Shown: in pieces, positions 1 to 12,724 of the stretch | How the letters are laid out: every line of letters begins with the position of its first letter | Numbering within the stretch: the first letter of the stretch is position 1 | Source of the DNA: Balanoglossus misakiensis | Lineage: Eukaryota > Animalia > Hemichordata | Length of the DNA stretch: 64,000 nucleotides | Assembly: GCA_040954595.2 (NCBI GenBank) | Contig: CM082579.2 | Span: 4,453,227 to 4,517,226, forward strand | Reading direction: 5' to 3' | Position numbers and translations under genes: made by a program | The notes under the pieces: generated by a model | Databases searched by the model: none | What the model was told of the DNA's origin: nothing | The model's input: only the letters and a program-made list of their open reading frames with translations

Positions 1-1412
1 GAATAAAGCGTAAATTTCATCATCTTTTAGACTTAATGATACATTTCCCGACGGGATTTTGTTTTTTGGCTTACACTGACTCACCACGTGTTGATGATTA
101 CACTTGATCTGAAATTTCTTTGATGCTGTCTTTGGAAAACCCTGAAGGTCAATGCCCTATTTTTGAATGGGGGAATCTATACAAGAGTGTTCCATTTGAT
201 GAATCGGGATTCTGTTTTCTGGCTTTGGAAGCGAGCTTGGGGACTTGACATAAATCTGCACCGGGTAATGATAGCCCGTGGGCGCACTTGAACTACTTTT
301 AATCTTCAGGTTTCTGCTCGTCATCGCGTTCTTTTGTACTGACACCTGGAGAAGGCACGCAAGAATTGTCCTTGCTCCCATTCTCTTTAAAAGTGTGCCG
401 TTTCTCGAACTCGAACCGTATTTATGCGGTAACACATTCGGTGCATGGATCACAGCAAGATCGTAGAAGGCCGCTGCTTAGTAGTTATTTGTTCATGCAT
501 ATTCTACCCATTTCATTGTTAAGTGGGAGACAATTGCCTAAATTAGGATACGTTCACAAGTAATGGACGGGGTGGGGGAGTTGTGATTAGAAGCGTAGAA
601 CCCCCCTCTGTATAGTCAGAAAACTTCAAAGCCCTAACCACCCAGCCTAAAATGTTTGCTAATATTTACGATGCATATTTTACTTCTCTTATAGTTAAAT
701 GGGTTACAACTGTCTCCTTATATTTTTTTCGCATGCACGAAATTTTATCACAACCCATTCGTCCAATGTATGAAAATTACAGAAGATAAACTTGTGTCAT
801 TGAGAGCAGACAAATTCGAGACAGAAAAATAGGAAACTAGCCTTGTGTAAGGCGTAATAAATTAATTATTTTGATTAATTATTGACTGTATCGGGGACAT
901 AAGTCATCGGTATTTATTTTACGTAAAGAATTAAGTACATTTATTAATGCTATCAATCGCCATATCAGGTGAATACCTTATTTCTTATTAACCTGGCGGG
1001 CTTGTCTGCCCTGGGGCAAGGTAATGATATATTTCTCTGGTTTCCCTGGACAGTTCTCTCTCTCTCAAATGAATTTTGCACTCTCATTAAATGTTTACCT
1101 TCTCGCTGAAACAGTAAGTTAACGGACGGCATATATAATTCCCGCATAGATTCCCTGCCCTCTGCTCATTATCGGTGTCTTTTCGTTGTCTCAGAGCTTT
1201 TGTTGGATAAGGATCCTATTTCGTCGTTTGCAACCGCAATTTGGATCGCACGATTATCTGAGAAACATTAATTAAAACGGGCAAATCTGCTGCATCTTTG
1301 CGCATTGACGTCTTAATTCTTCTGAAACAATCATTCACTCATAGCGTAGTTCAATTTATTACGAGCATGCTTCTTCGGCAGGAAGATAAGAATCTTCCAG
1401 TAAGGCAAGGAT

Positions 1413-1733
1413 ACGTCACAAGACAGCTCACGTCACGGATCACGTGACAGTCCAATCGCTCTTAAAAGGTGTAGTCAGTATCCCGACGACGGAGGACATT
1501 CTGAGTGGGCCTTTGAAGGACTGGTGACGCGGTCGGACATTTCCGGGCGTCACAAATTGTCGTCAGCGCAGGGAAACCCTCGTAAAGCAGGTCGCGTTGT
1601 TGTGCAGCAACGCGTTTATGTGTCCATCTTCATCCGCGCCACTGACATCACGCGGTTTTCCGGTCGTACAGTAGGATTCTTCGCCGGCGCAAACATCTGC
1701 CGCTTCTTGCAAAGTTTAATACCTATCGATCAG
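1413..1733 (+). promoter_or_regulatory. Candidate promoter and non-coding first exon of CCKR paralogue 1
   Basis: Cluster of two ACGTCA half-CREs, a CACGTG E-box (1441), CCAAT (1452), CTTAAAA and a TCAGT Inr-like motif. Candidate donor CAG|GTGCAT after 1733, and a good acceptor (polypyrimidine..GTGCAG|) before 2287, 99 nt upstream of the ATG. Confidence 0.35.
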
Positions 1734-2385
1734 GTGCATGTACGAGAATCGACGTTTCCCAGGTCGTCCTATATTCGTTCGTTGAAGAGTATTTTAGTAC
1801 GTTTGTGTCGGAATTCCAGAGAGATCTTTATATGTCACCAGTTGATCATCGGTGTAACTATAGGCCTACGCCTTTCGCGTGCACTGATTGGTTGCAGGGT
1901 ACAACTTCTTAGCTGTTCTTCTTTCGTGTGCAATTCATAAACGTTTAATTAATTTCTCGCCTCGATGGGCACGGGTGCTTGTCAAATTCTTATTTGATAT
2001 GTCAGACGTGCGAACGGGGGTAAAACATTTGCACCCACAGGTCGCCCGAGTCGCGGAAAATTGACAGTTGAAGCGATGGGAATCGAAAAGCGGCACAGAT
2101 CGATGAAATGGTGACAGTCTTCGCGTTGATGGCTGGACCCATCCTGGCGTTTACAAGTGGAGCGATCAATTAAAAGCACCGATTTTTGTGAGAGTGCGGC
2201 AGTTGGTCGACCTGGAGTCTGAGCGTTCGAAGTGGGGCTTGACAATAATCTTATAGTATACACTTTCTGCTTTTTTATTCGTGCAGGCCATTACTGGAAA
2301 ACACGAAGACACAGTGCTGTAGTGAAAGACCCAGAAAAGTTGACAGGCTCAATATCTGCCGGATTCGTCAACTCACGTCGTGGAC

Positions 2386-4919
2386 ATGGGCGATCTCGCG
2401 AAAAACGTAACGGCGTTTGGGACGCGCTCACCTGTGTTGTCGACCATGGCCAGAGCTGCGGCCGACGGACTGGCGGACGTCTGCGCAACACTGCTGTCGG
2501 AACAGTGCGCCGCCGATAACAACACCAGGACTTCGGGAACAGTGTCGGCGGGGATGATGGCCGCTTGCAACTTTACCACCAGTTTCGCCGATATCTGTGC
2601 AAACAAATCGGACAACGCGACGGACGGGGAACCGTCGCTATCGACGCCGAAGTCGGCCATGGACGAGCGCCTGTCGCTGGCGCTGTACTCGCTCATATTT
2701 CTGCTCGCCGTCGTCGGGAACATACTCGTCATCGTCACCCTTGTACAAAACAAACGGATGCGGACCGTCACCAACATTTTCCTGCTCAGCCTCTCCGTCA
2801 GCGATCTGCTCTTCGCGCTCTTCTGTATGCCGATCACCATAGTAGGCGCCATTCTTCAGAACTTCATCTTTGGCGCCGGATTTTGCCGAATTCTGCCGTA
2901 TGTACAAGGTGAGTTGAGCGATGTGGCTCGTGTGTCGTACTGTATTGTTTATTTTGAGTTAGCACCCCCACAAACTGGACACTGTACCGTGTCCACAACT
3001 TGTGTCCAATCGGAAACTCACTTTATACTCCCTTTAAAAGTCCCATTTCATTTCCCCTTGAGATTATTCAAGACAAACAGTCCAAATTGCAGGGAAATAC
3101 GTCATCTACTTTTACTAACAATTCAGAACCATATTGCACTATTATATGTTCGATTGAGAGAAAACAGAAAAACAGCCTCGGCGGAAAGCGTCTGATGTCG
3201 CTTTGCCCGCCCGGCGCTACGCCTGCGCAACGCCAGGTGGACGGCATGATAGAAATCTCGCGGTATAGTTGACAAACTTGTGACTAAATGGCGAAGCCCA
3301 CGCACCCATTTTGCCGCGTCGGCAAGTACCCGTTCAAAGCGAAAGTACCCCGTTGCGGCATCAAGTTTTCGGCAGCACGGAGCACAAAGATGTGCCTGGC
3401 GAGGCAAAAAAACTGCTAAGCCTTACAAATTGATATTTCAGTCGCTACTGGATTGGACCTATTTCCACGACAAGCAGAGAAATTTGATGAGGCACTTTAA
3501 CCTACTTCCTGCAAAGGCGGCGAGTTAGTTTGGTGAAAGAAAACTCGCATTTCACGCGGCGAATGAATACTGTATCGGGCTCTAATAGTCATTAAACTCA
3601 ATCATCGGCAGTGTCTTACCGGAAGGTGGAAAATGCCGCGAAATCTACCCAGATAAGGATGTAGTCAATTACCCCCGCGTTTCCATGGAAACCGTTTCCT
3701 GGTCACGTAACTTTTTCAATAATTCGTTAAATGAGCTTTATGCGTGGCTGCTTGAAAACATAATTCCTATCGCGATAACTCATTTTTTGAGTCGGCGACT
3801 TGACACGATTTCTTATATTTTTCAGTAATCACGGTATTTGTGTCTGTATGGACCATGGTGACCATCTCAATGGAGCGATACTTCGCCATTTGCCGACCTC
3901 TGACCTCGCGGGGATGGCAGACGAAGGCCCATGCGTACAAGCTGATCGCCGGAGTATGGCTGGCCGGATTCATCTTATTCATACCAACCGCCTACTTCAC
4001 CAAACTGACTCCGATGGCGAAACCGCACACGTACAGATGTCGCGACATGGGGCCCACTCCGATGATTCACAAGATTTACGTAGTAAGTATAACATTGTCT
4101 CTGTAATGATGTATGGTTTTTATAAGCTCGGGATACACCCTTTCCACAAATCTAGCCCCCTTATAAAACTTCCAAACCAGTTGTTAATTGACACTTGATG
4201 GATTTTTTTCTCCTTGCAGACGATGATTTTCTCTACGCTGATGGCAATACCGTTCCTGGTTATAATTGTTGCGTACACCCTGATCATACAGGAGTTATGG
4301 CGAGGAATGCGCTATGAAGAACAGCCAACGTCAGGTGAGAGCAACTTTGTTGACATTTCTGGACGACATGACTCTTGCAGTGATAAAGAGATTGTTAACT
4401 GATGTAATATTCGCAAGCGAATCAAATTTATTTGTTCTTTTTTTATTTTTAGATAAAGACGCCAAGAACGGTTCTCGTAAAACTGCCAATGGCGGCGACG
4501 GTGGGTGCAAAAACACGCGAACGCGAACTGCCGCACCGCGGAGTACCTCTAACAACGCCGCCAAGAGGCGCGTGGTGAAGATGCTGATTGTCGTAGTGGT
4601 TCTGTTCTTCGTGTGCTGGGCGCCGGCCTGGTGCCTCAACATGTGGCTGGCCTTCGACCGGATGGGGGCGCTGACCACGGTGTCGACGCTGGACGCCGCC
4701 GTCGTCAAGCTGCTGACGTACATCTCGTGCTGCGTCAACCCGATCACGTACTGCTTCATGAACAAGAGGTTCCGCCAGGGCTTTCTGGAGGCCTTCGGCT
4801 GCTGCTCCAAGAGCGCCGACAGCGGTGCGTATTCGGCCGTTGGGAGTACCAGAATGCGGTCAACAGGTATGCTTGGAAACTACAACACCACCATGTCATC
4901 GGTGGAACCAGACACCTAA
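2386..4919 (+). CDS. CCKR: Cholecystokinin/gastrin/sulfakinin-type class A GPCR, paralogue 1 (4 coding exons, ~453 aa)
   Basis: Exons 2386-2908, 3826-4082, 4220-4334 and 4453-4919 are joined by GT-AG introns of phase 1, 0, 1 (total 1362 nt, open frame). Motifs: TM1 GNILVIVTLVQNKRMRTVTNIFLLSLSVSD, TM3 ISMERYFAICRPL, ICL3 AKRRVVKML, TM6 CWAP, TM7/H8 CCVNPITYCFMNKRFRQGF, all typical of CCK-type receptors. Confidence 0.93.
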
Positions 4920-7789
4920 AACTGCAATTACGTTATCCGCGACGTACGAATACCTATAACCTGTCAAAAGTCAAAACCCCCACTCCTTCACTGAAGGGTT
5001 GCACCTCAGAAATCGGGCGATAGAAACAAAAGCATTTGGTGTTTTCTGGCATAGAGGGCGTGTCACGGTTATCAGACAGAGAAATTCAATATCAGTGTAC
5101 ATGTATAAATGTGTCAACTCTGAAGCCGAACACATAAACTGATATCGATATAATCAAGGGGAATATGTGTTTGTAAATAGAATTATCCATTGCTGTAGTT
5201 CTTAAAATAATAATCCATATTTAAAATGAATTTAACTAAACAAGGAAAGTATAAACAAACGTTCTAAGTTTCGATTCACATCAGCTCATTTCTGCTAGCG
5301 ATGCCATATCGCTAGAAATTTAATAATTTCATTAAATCATCATTAATATTTTTCTCTCCTGTGGAATGTTAATTACTTCTTATTCAAACCGAAAATATTT
5401 AATGGTATGCCCATGTACATCCTCTATCAATACATGATTATAAGTGTTCAGATATCTTGTTAAAAAACAGTTAGACCTTTTAAAAACTGTACTATTAACT
5501 GACGTTTCACACATTGTAAAGTCTTGATATGTTATTACATCGGACGCAAATGTGTGTTTATTTATTGCACATTTTCAATTCTATTGATATTTTCCATCTG
5601 AAAATTTAAAAAAAATCTTTTCATTGCATTTATTCTATTCACAGGCAAAATAGATACATAATGTATGTTGTGTTTGTGTCCTAAATCTATTAAACACTAA
5701 TTCGGATTATCGTTTGCCAGTGCCACGTTTGCATTATGTTAGTATGTTCTTATTGTCTTTTCGATTCTTCACATATAGCTGTTTAAAACCAGATTAATTA
5801 TTGTTCATTTTTTCTAGCGAGGAATTCTCCCCAAAAACAAGCGAAGTCTCGTGTCGATCGGCAAACAGATCAAACATCCGTCCCAGCGCAACTCTAGTGC
5901 TGTCCGTCTGTAACTCCACGTGTGCGTGTCTATCCTTCTTAAATGTACTGGCTGGCCGCTTCAATAGTCCATCCTCTGCACGTGCTGTGTCCGCCATCTT
6001 CGACTACCGGGGGCTGCTTTCGTCATATCCTGTCACGTGCAGAAGTCAGTCTGTTGTAAGAGCATCATCACCACGCGCATCGATAGCAAGTCGGTGTTCT
6101 TTTCTCCCGTCTGTCACTTTTTGCCTTCTGTCATAAGTATTATGTACATTTTTGCTACCATAGAAACTATGCACTACCAGTAAAGTTATAATGAAACTGC
6201 GGGTAACGATCTTTTGCATGGTTCATGATTTGCGTGCATGGCATATGACCCAAGGCCTGCTGCATGCCCCGACTGTTGTGTGTTTCCTCCACTGATTGTG
6301 CGCAGTTGTTCCTCGGATCGCCATGATTGATTACATGCTCTATGCATGCCCATGTTACCGAAGAAGGCACAGGACGATATTAGGTTCTTTATGAAACACC
6401 TTCGCACCAAGAGCTTGTATTTTCACTACTGTAGTAACTCACCAGTCGAGAAAAAGTGTCGTGCTGCAAAGCCATGTCCACTTTGTCGAGCATCCACTGC
6501 CAATGATCGACACCTGTCGCCATGTCACACAAGATAACAATTCACCCGTGGCTGTGCATTTCTCCACGCTGACGTAATACCAATTCGGCCATGGCAATGG
6601 AATAATACTGGGATTTCATTTTGTGCTCATGCAATACGGATGGACTTATTATTGTCAGAGTAGGAAACTCTTGTATATATTCAAAACAGATTCATTACTA
6701 GTCGAACATTTACTGTAAATACTGTGCTGTATTTAATATTTACCCAGAAAGCCGAATTTTGTGTGATGCCAATCGGACCTTTCACAATATAACCAGAGTG
6801 TTAATTTACGAAATGGAAACGTATGTACAGTCGAATTATTGTTGCTTACAATTTAGTCTTATTTGTTTTTATCGATTTGTTTTTCTCGGGGTGTAGATTG
6901 ATTGGCGTACATTGTGTAATCCACCGCCAGTTTTCAGTTTTGAAAACATGTTTGAATTTGTTTTAAATATTTTAATAACTCTATGACACTTTGGTTTTAA
7001 AATGGTGTTTATTGTTCGTGGCGTTAAACCTCTTGGGAACTATTGCGTCATTGTTAATCTTTTACCATTTTTATTATTAATTTCCGTGGTTTCTGAAAAC
7101 ATTTTTTCTTCTTCACTTGTGAGTACTTTTCTCTTGGTTTTCACGGCATGACAATATTGAACTATCCTATGTGGGAAATATTGTTTGGGAAATATTGGAA
7201 GTATTGTTTCCATGGTTTATGAATACAAAATTTAAGAATGCCCTAACTGCATTTTAAATTAATCTAGGAAAATATCTAATTTTGCCATGTTTTAGATATT
7301 CCTTAAAGAAAAACGACTTGGTATTTATCTACATCATGGCTAAAGAAAACAACTAAATAAACCTAAATTTCCATCAATTTTATGGCATTTATTTCTGAAT
7401 TATGTTCCCCAATTCATCTTTACAATGTAGCGGCGTATTCTTGAAGGTTGGGAAATAGAAAACAATTTGAAAATTTGTGCCCGACATATTCTGTTCGCTT
7501 ATAACTTTGAAAGGGTTTCCTACTATGTGAGAAAGTCACAGTATGTTAAAATAAGACAAAATACTGTCGGTCGATCATACATGGGGAATAATTCTTCATG
7601 TTTTGGGGTTCGAATAAGAAGAGAAAAGCAAAGAGAAGCGAATGGCAGTTAGGAATCTCAGATAAGAGTGATCATATTTTCAACATGTAACTCACAGATG
7701 TAAGATAGAGAAATTAAAACAAAATTGCTAATTTTCATTTCTTGTCTACACATTTGTTCTCTTTTCCAAACAAAATACACTACATGTAC

Positions 7790-7827
7790 TATGTATGTAT
7801 GTATGAATGTATGTATGAATGTATGTA
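7790..7827. repeat. (ATGT)n microsatellite, imperfect
   Basis: atgtatgtatgtatgaatgtatgtatgaatgtatgta. Confidence 0.85.
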
Positions 7828-10800
7828 GTTGACGCAAGATCCAAAACCTGTCAGTGTGTGCTCACTATGTGCTCACCTGTGACGTCATGATGAGTATGAA
7901 GAGCGCCTCCAAGTGTGTAAACTCACAGTCTGACGCAGTGACGAACTGAACAAGTCTTTCCTTCGTGTAGGATGCTACAGTCTTGCAGATGGTGATATTT
8001 CTTCTTCCTTAAAACGATACCGGAGTGTTTGTTTTGTTTCTGGAATGAATACATAGAATTTTGGGGGTTAATTCTCTCTGTTCCATCATGACCGTGGTTC
8101 CCACACTTACTTTGATGGGTTACTTTAAACCAATCGAATTTTCAGATTGAGTATCCGACAAAATAACAACACTTAACACACACGTATGTACAAAAAAACG
8201 AGTGAATTTCCTAAAATGGTTTCAGAGCCCGACTGACCGTGAGTGCAATCAGGTTGTTCGCGCAAACCAGAGAATGGCGTTTTTCCTGTTTGAAGTAGAT
8301 TAACTTAAAAGGGTTGGTTCGTTGGAACAGAAGCTCCGGGTGCAACCCCAATTATTTTATGTACTCTCGTATATTCCCCTCCAAGTTCGCGAAGCACTTA
8401 GCAAAATGTAAAAATTGCTTTTTAATCAAGTATATTAAACAACAAACTAAGAGCCTTCTTTATGACAAAATATGGGGTCGATGCAAACAAAGAAAAGGCG
8501 CTCCAATAATCAGAATTAGCTTTTAATGGTCGTTTCCCCATTTCTTATGTACAATAGTACATCAATTTAGTGGCCTATACGCTTAAGCTGAGTTCATTTT
8601 ACAGAAAAATGACTCAAAAGTCGAACGCTTCTTTAACATCATCAAGACCGATACACCTTGGACATGCAATACGAATTATTCTTTTTTTAATCCGGCTTTT
8701 TGTGTTGATGCGTGAATTTAAAACGCCAACAAAGTCACGGACTGTTTCACATTCAAGCATCTTGATGATGAATACAAAGCTATTTTCTCCTTCACAACAT
8801 TGAAATTGAGTCAACTTGATTGCAAACCCGAAATTCGCCCACCGTGACATTAGTTTTCCTCTAAATTGGACGATATCTCGTAAATATCCCGGATTAATGT
8901 GCGTCTGGGCAAAGTCGAGTAATCGCCTAGTACCCTAATTACCTTGTGTGGCAATAATTTTAACAGTGAGATATTCGTTTTGAATGGCGATGTTGGAAGT
9001 GGAATCTGGTGCTTGGGGAAAGAAAGCTCGGAAAGGAAAGCCTATTGGGGATCGCTATGCTCTTTGCAATGCAATTACACTGTCCTAGTGGATTCATAAA
9101 TCCAGGTGGTCTTGTAACAGGATGAGAAGGTCCCTGTCGTGTTTGACAAGAAAAGAGTGAGAGAGGCCGACGAAAATCAAAATTAACGTCTGTTATCCAA
9201 GTTTACTCTCAGGGGATGTTTTCATTATGTAGTAACCATTATCAAGTCAAAATGTTACAACGAAGATGCATATAAGATGATATTATTAAGTAATAGCAAC
9301 GGCGGAGAAAGTAATATCACACCCCCACTTTATCTTGGCTAGCTCCGGGTAAACGGAAAGATGAAAGGACAGCTGGGTATTATCACAGCAAGCCTGAAGC
9401 ATGATCGACATCGTGCCTGCATACAGTGGTGTAACATTGCGACCTTCAAGTCAAATATAACCATATTACAAACACACGATAATATATGCGCCGAATTTTC
9501 GAATTTCACCTGACAAAATATTAGCAAACAAGTACATTTATCACCACATAGTTATTATGCCGATGTCCGCCCTTTTCGACTGCGGCAAAGGGACTTTATG
9601 CGTCAGTTTTATTTTTTAATGATCAAGAAATCATTATTGAAGTCCGCCGCATGTCACGGACGCGGAGAATCTGCCCGTAACCCAGAAGGAAGCCACCGGG
9701 CTCTCGTAACAAGCCGTCGTAGGACACCATCTCCTCCGGTGTTCTCGCGAGAAGAGGAAAACAAAACAATAAACTGACTGCAAAGCTATCAAAGGCTTTT
9801 ATTATACATGAGTGATATGCAGATATGAAGAGGCCAGCTGACCAGGGACTATATCGATAACATCGTGAAAAGATTGCATGACTCTTTACTGCCAGTAAAA
9901 TATCTCCGGGCGAATGGAAAAATCATTTACAAGGAGGATTCGTCTTGTACAATTTGAAAACGTATTAAATGAGGTATCATGATCTCTGGTGAAGAACTTA
10001 CTCAACATTTTATCGTCTTCTGTAATTTCATGATCGAAAGATCGGAATGAAGCTCAGGTGGTTCTTGCTCTCATATAAGCAGAATGTCTCCTAAACTCAG
10101 TGTAAAGAAAACTTCCATATCACACGCGCAAATGTTGATGACCTTGCATCGTTGGTCAGGGAAGGGCTGTCGAAGATGCCTTCTTATAGGCCTTGCGTTC
10201 TGCTGGAAGGTTTGCGTGTATATATGGCGCGACAAGTTTCGGGTTGTTGATCATAATCTCGGACTACTAGCGGCTTTTGTCAAAGCTCTTGATTCTCCGC
10301 GTATAAGTGACGTCACATCAAGTGCCAGGTTTGGCATCTCAGCCGAGGATGCCGGAGAAGTAACATTTTCTAGGCGACATTGTGGCGATAATAGTCCACC
10401 AAATGACGAGACAAAATGCTCAGCAAGCTTGTCAAACATTCGAACCAGTGAACCGTTTGGTGCTGTTAACATCATGACGAACTTTGGATACTCAGAGGGG
10501 ACTTGAAGATTTGCTGTTGGTATTTTATAATTTTTTTGGCTAGAGGAATTTAAAAATAAGCCTAGACTCAGTAAATAACGAAGCCTTGACTTGACCTTTG
10601 ACCCCAGGTGATTGCGTGACTTGACATCATTACCGATGATCGCCAACGTTACTGATTGCATAAATTGGTTAATTTCCCCTCTCACTTAAATCGCATTTTG
10701 TTGAAGGGTTTTACCGGATCCTCCACGTATCTACACAGGCAGACATCTCTGTCTGAAAATGGAAAACACCACAGTCTCTCCCCGAATGCTAACAAGATTT

Positions 10801-12671
10801 CAAACTCAAGACACTAAACACCAAACAATACAGAGCTCAACACAGATCCTCATAAATCAGTCTTTTCGCCGAGTACTTGCCAGTTTTCTACAGGCGATGA
10901 TCTATCGCTTTAAGGCACAAGACTGTCAAAGACACAAGTCATATACGTAATTTAAAGCATATTGAGCATAATGAAACCGTGCAAACATGTTGCATTTAAG
11001 AACACTTTCATTAGAAGGTATAAGAGCTTGTAGCTGAGAGTGTAGTTTTCGCGCCTTGGGTACTAGTCAAAACTTTGGGTGTGGGATATTACTGACGTCA
11101 ATCAAATATATACTTTAATGGACTTAATGGACTACATCAGTCGCACACACAGGTAGCGTCCATTACTCTTATATAGCTTTCTAAACCGTGACACGCGTTC
11201 TGCGTCTCTGCGAATGCGGGGCGCGTGGTAAGACGCTGTGACGCTCTATACAGGAGTGTCGGAAGTCTGAATAGTTTGTCCATGTCCGGTAGACTTGATT
11301 CATTCCCTATTTACAACTAAAGGCACGAAAGGAAATTTTATCACTTTCCCTTTAAGAGAACTTCAAACATGTTGCAAATGCATTCGCAAATCGGGGCTGA
11401 CGACTCGCGATTCGACAACGTTTAGAACGATTTATATGCACTTACATCTAATATATTATATTGAGACATTTTATGGCGCACAATATTGCCGAACGCAGTT
11501 TATTAAACACTTTTATTTAAGATTGTTTGCAATCAACATTTTGTTTTTGCATTCAAAAAAGATTTGCCCGTAGTTCTCGTGAGCAGGTAGACAAATACGA
11601 CAGACCACTCAAGCCAATGGACCGACAAGGCGTCGAAGACAGTGGTCGGTCATCCGTGACCATCTAATAGAGAGGACCACTCACAAGTTATTACTGTAAC
11701 TGCCAGGGACTAATGTATGGCAGGTGTTTACTTCTGATTACGAATCTAGCCTCCTTCTTACAGGTGTGACTATTGCGTGTTGTTGTTCGATGGCCGTTTC
11801 TGAAAATCATGTCTGTTTTCATTGTAGAATTCAGCACTGGGTACTATGTACCAATATACGTCCGAACTTCTTGTCCTGAATATTATTTCCGGAATCAAAC
11901 GGCAAGTCAGTCTAGCGAATGCTTTCTTGGAAATGTCCAACGCATAATTGAAGACAGTCGATAACAAAATGGCCACGTGCGCATCATTGCATAAGTTTGC
12001 GACTTCGTCACGTGCACAATGTGCATCACTAAAATCCATCCGCCGTGTATCGCCCTTTCCACATTGCCAAACGAACGGACGAACGTACCTCACGCTGAAA
12101 AATGCAATCATGTATAATTTTTCTCAAAACTGAAGTTATGGATTAGATTGACGCTGCATTACGGCTTCCACGCGAGTTTCCTTTTGCACCTTTTTTTTCT
12201 TTCTTTCAAAGACCCGTTAATTGAGACGCCATTATGTGGGCTGATCGATGAGTGGGCCCAGACATACTTACTGAACACCACTTCAGGGGGACATTTACGT
12301 AATTTGATTGCCGCTAATGGCGCAGGTCGACAAACAGGTGAAATCATCGCCGTGCCCGGCACAAGGAACCAGTCGTCATCCAAACGAGGCGCATTGAAAT
12401 CACGGCGATCCATAAGCCTTCGGGATGTCCTTCCTCCACGACAATTTATCTGTCAACCGCTGTCATTATCGTGCGCTGATTATGTGCCGTTCTTCATTTA
12501 TCTCGACTTCGGTTGGTCGACTATACCCGGTATGCAATATCATATAACACAATGCACACAAGAATTTCACCAAAATGTCAGGTTCATATATTGGCGTATA
12601 TCGACGCTTCTAATTTCTCAATGTTGTTATGCTGGCATGTGGTACATACAGGAAATTACGTCATGGTTGCT

Positions 12672-12672
12672 C

Positions 12673-12704
<32 letters not shown>

Positions 12705-12724
12705 AAGCAGCAACAATAACAACC
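12672..12724. repeat. (AAC)n microsatellite
   Basis: About 10 perfect CAA units followed by degenerate units. Confidence 0.9.

Noticed and set aside
4861-4873. Donor-like ACAG|GTATGC in the last exon of CCKR paralogue 1
   Set aside because: Read-through gives a plausible CCKR-like tail (NYNTTMSSVEPDT) and I found no convincing downstream exon
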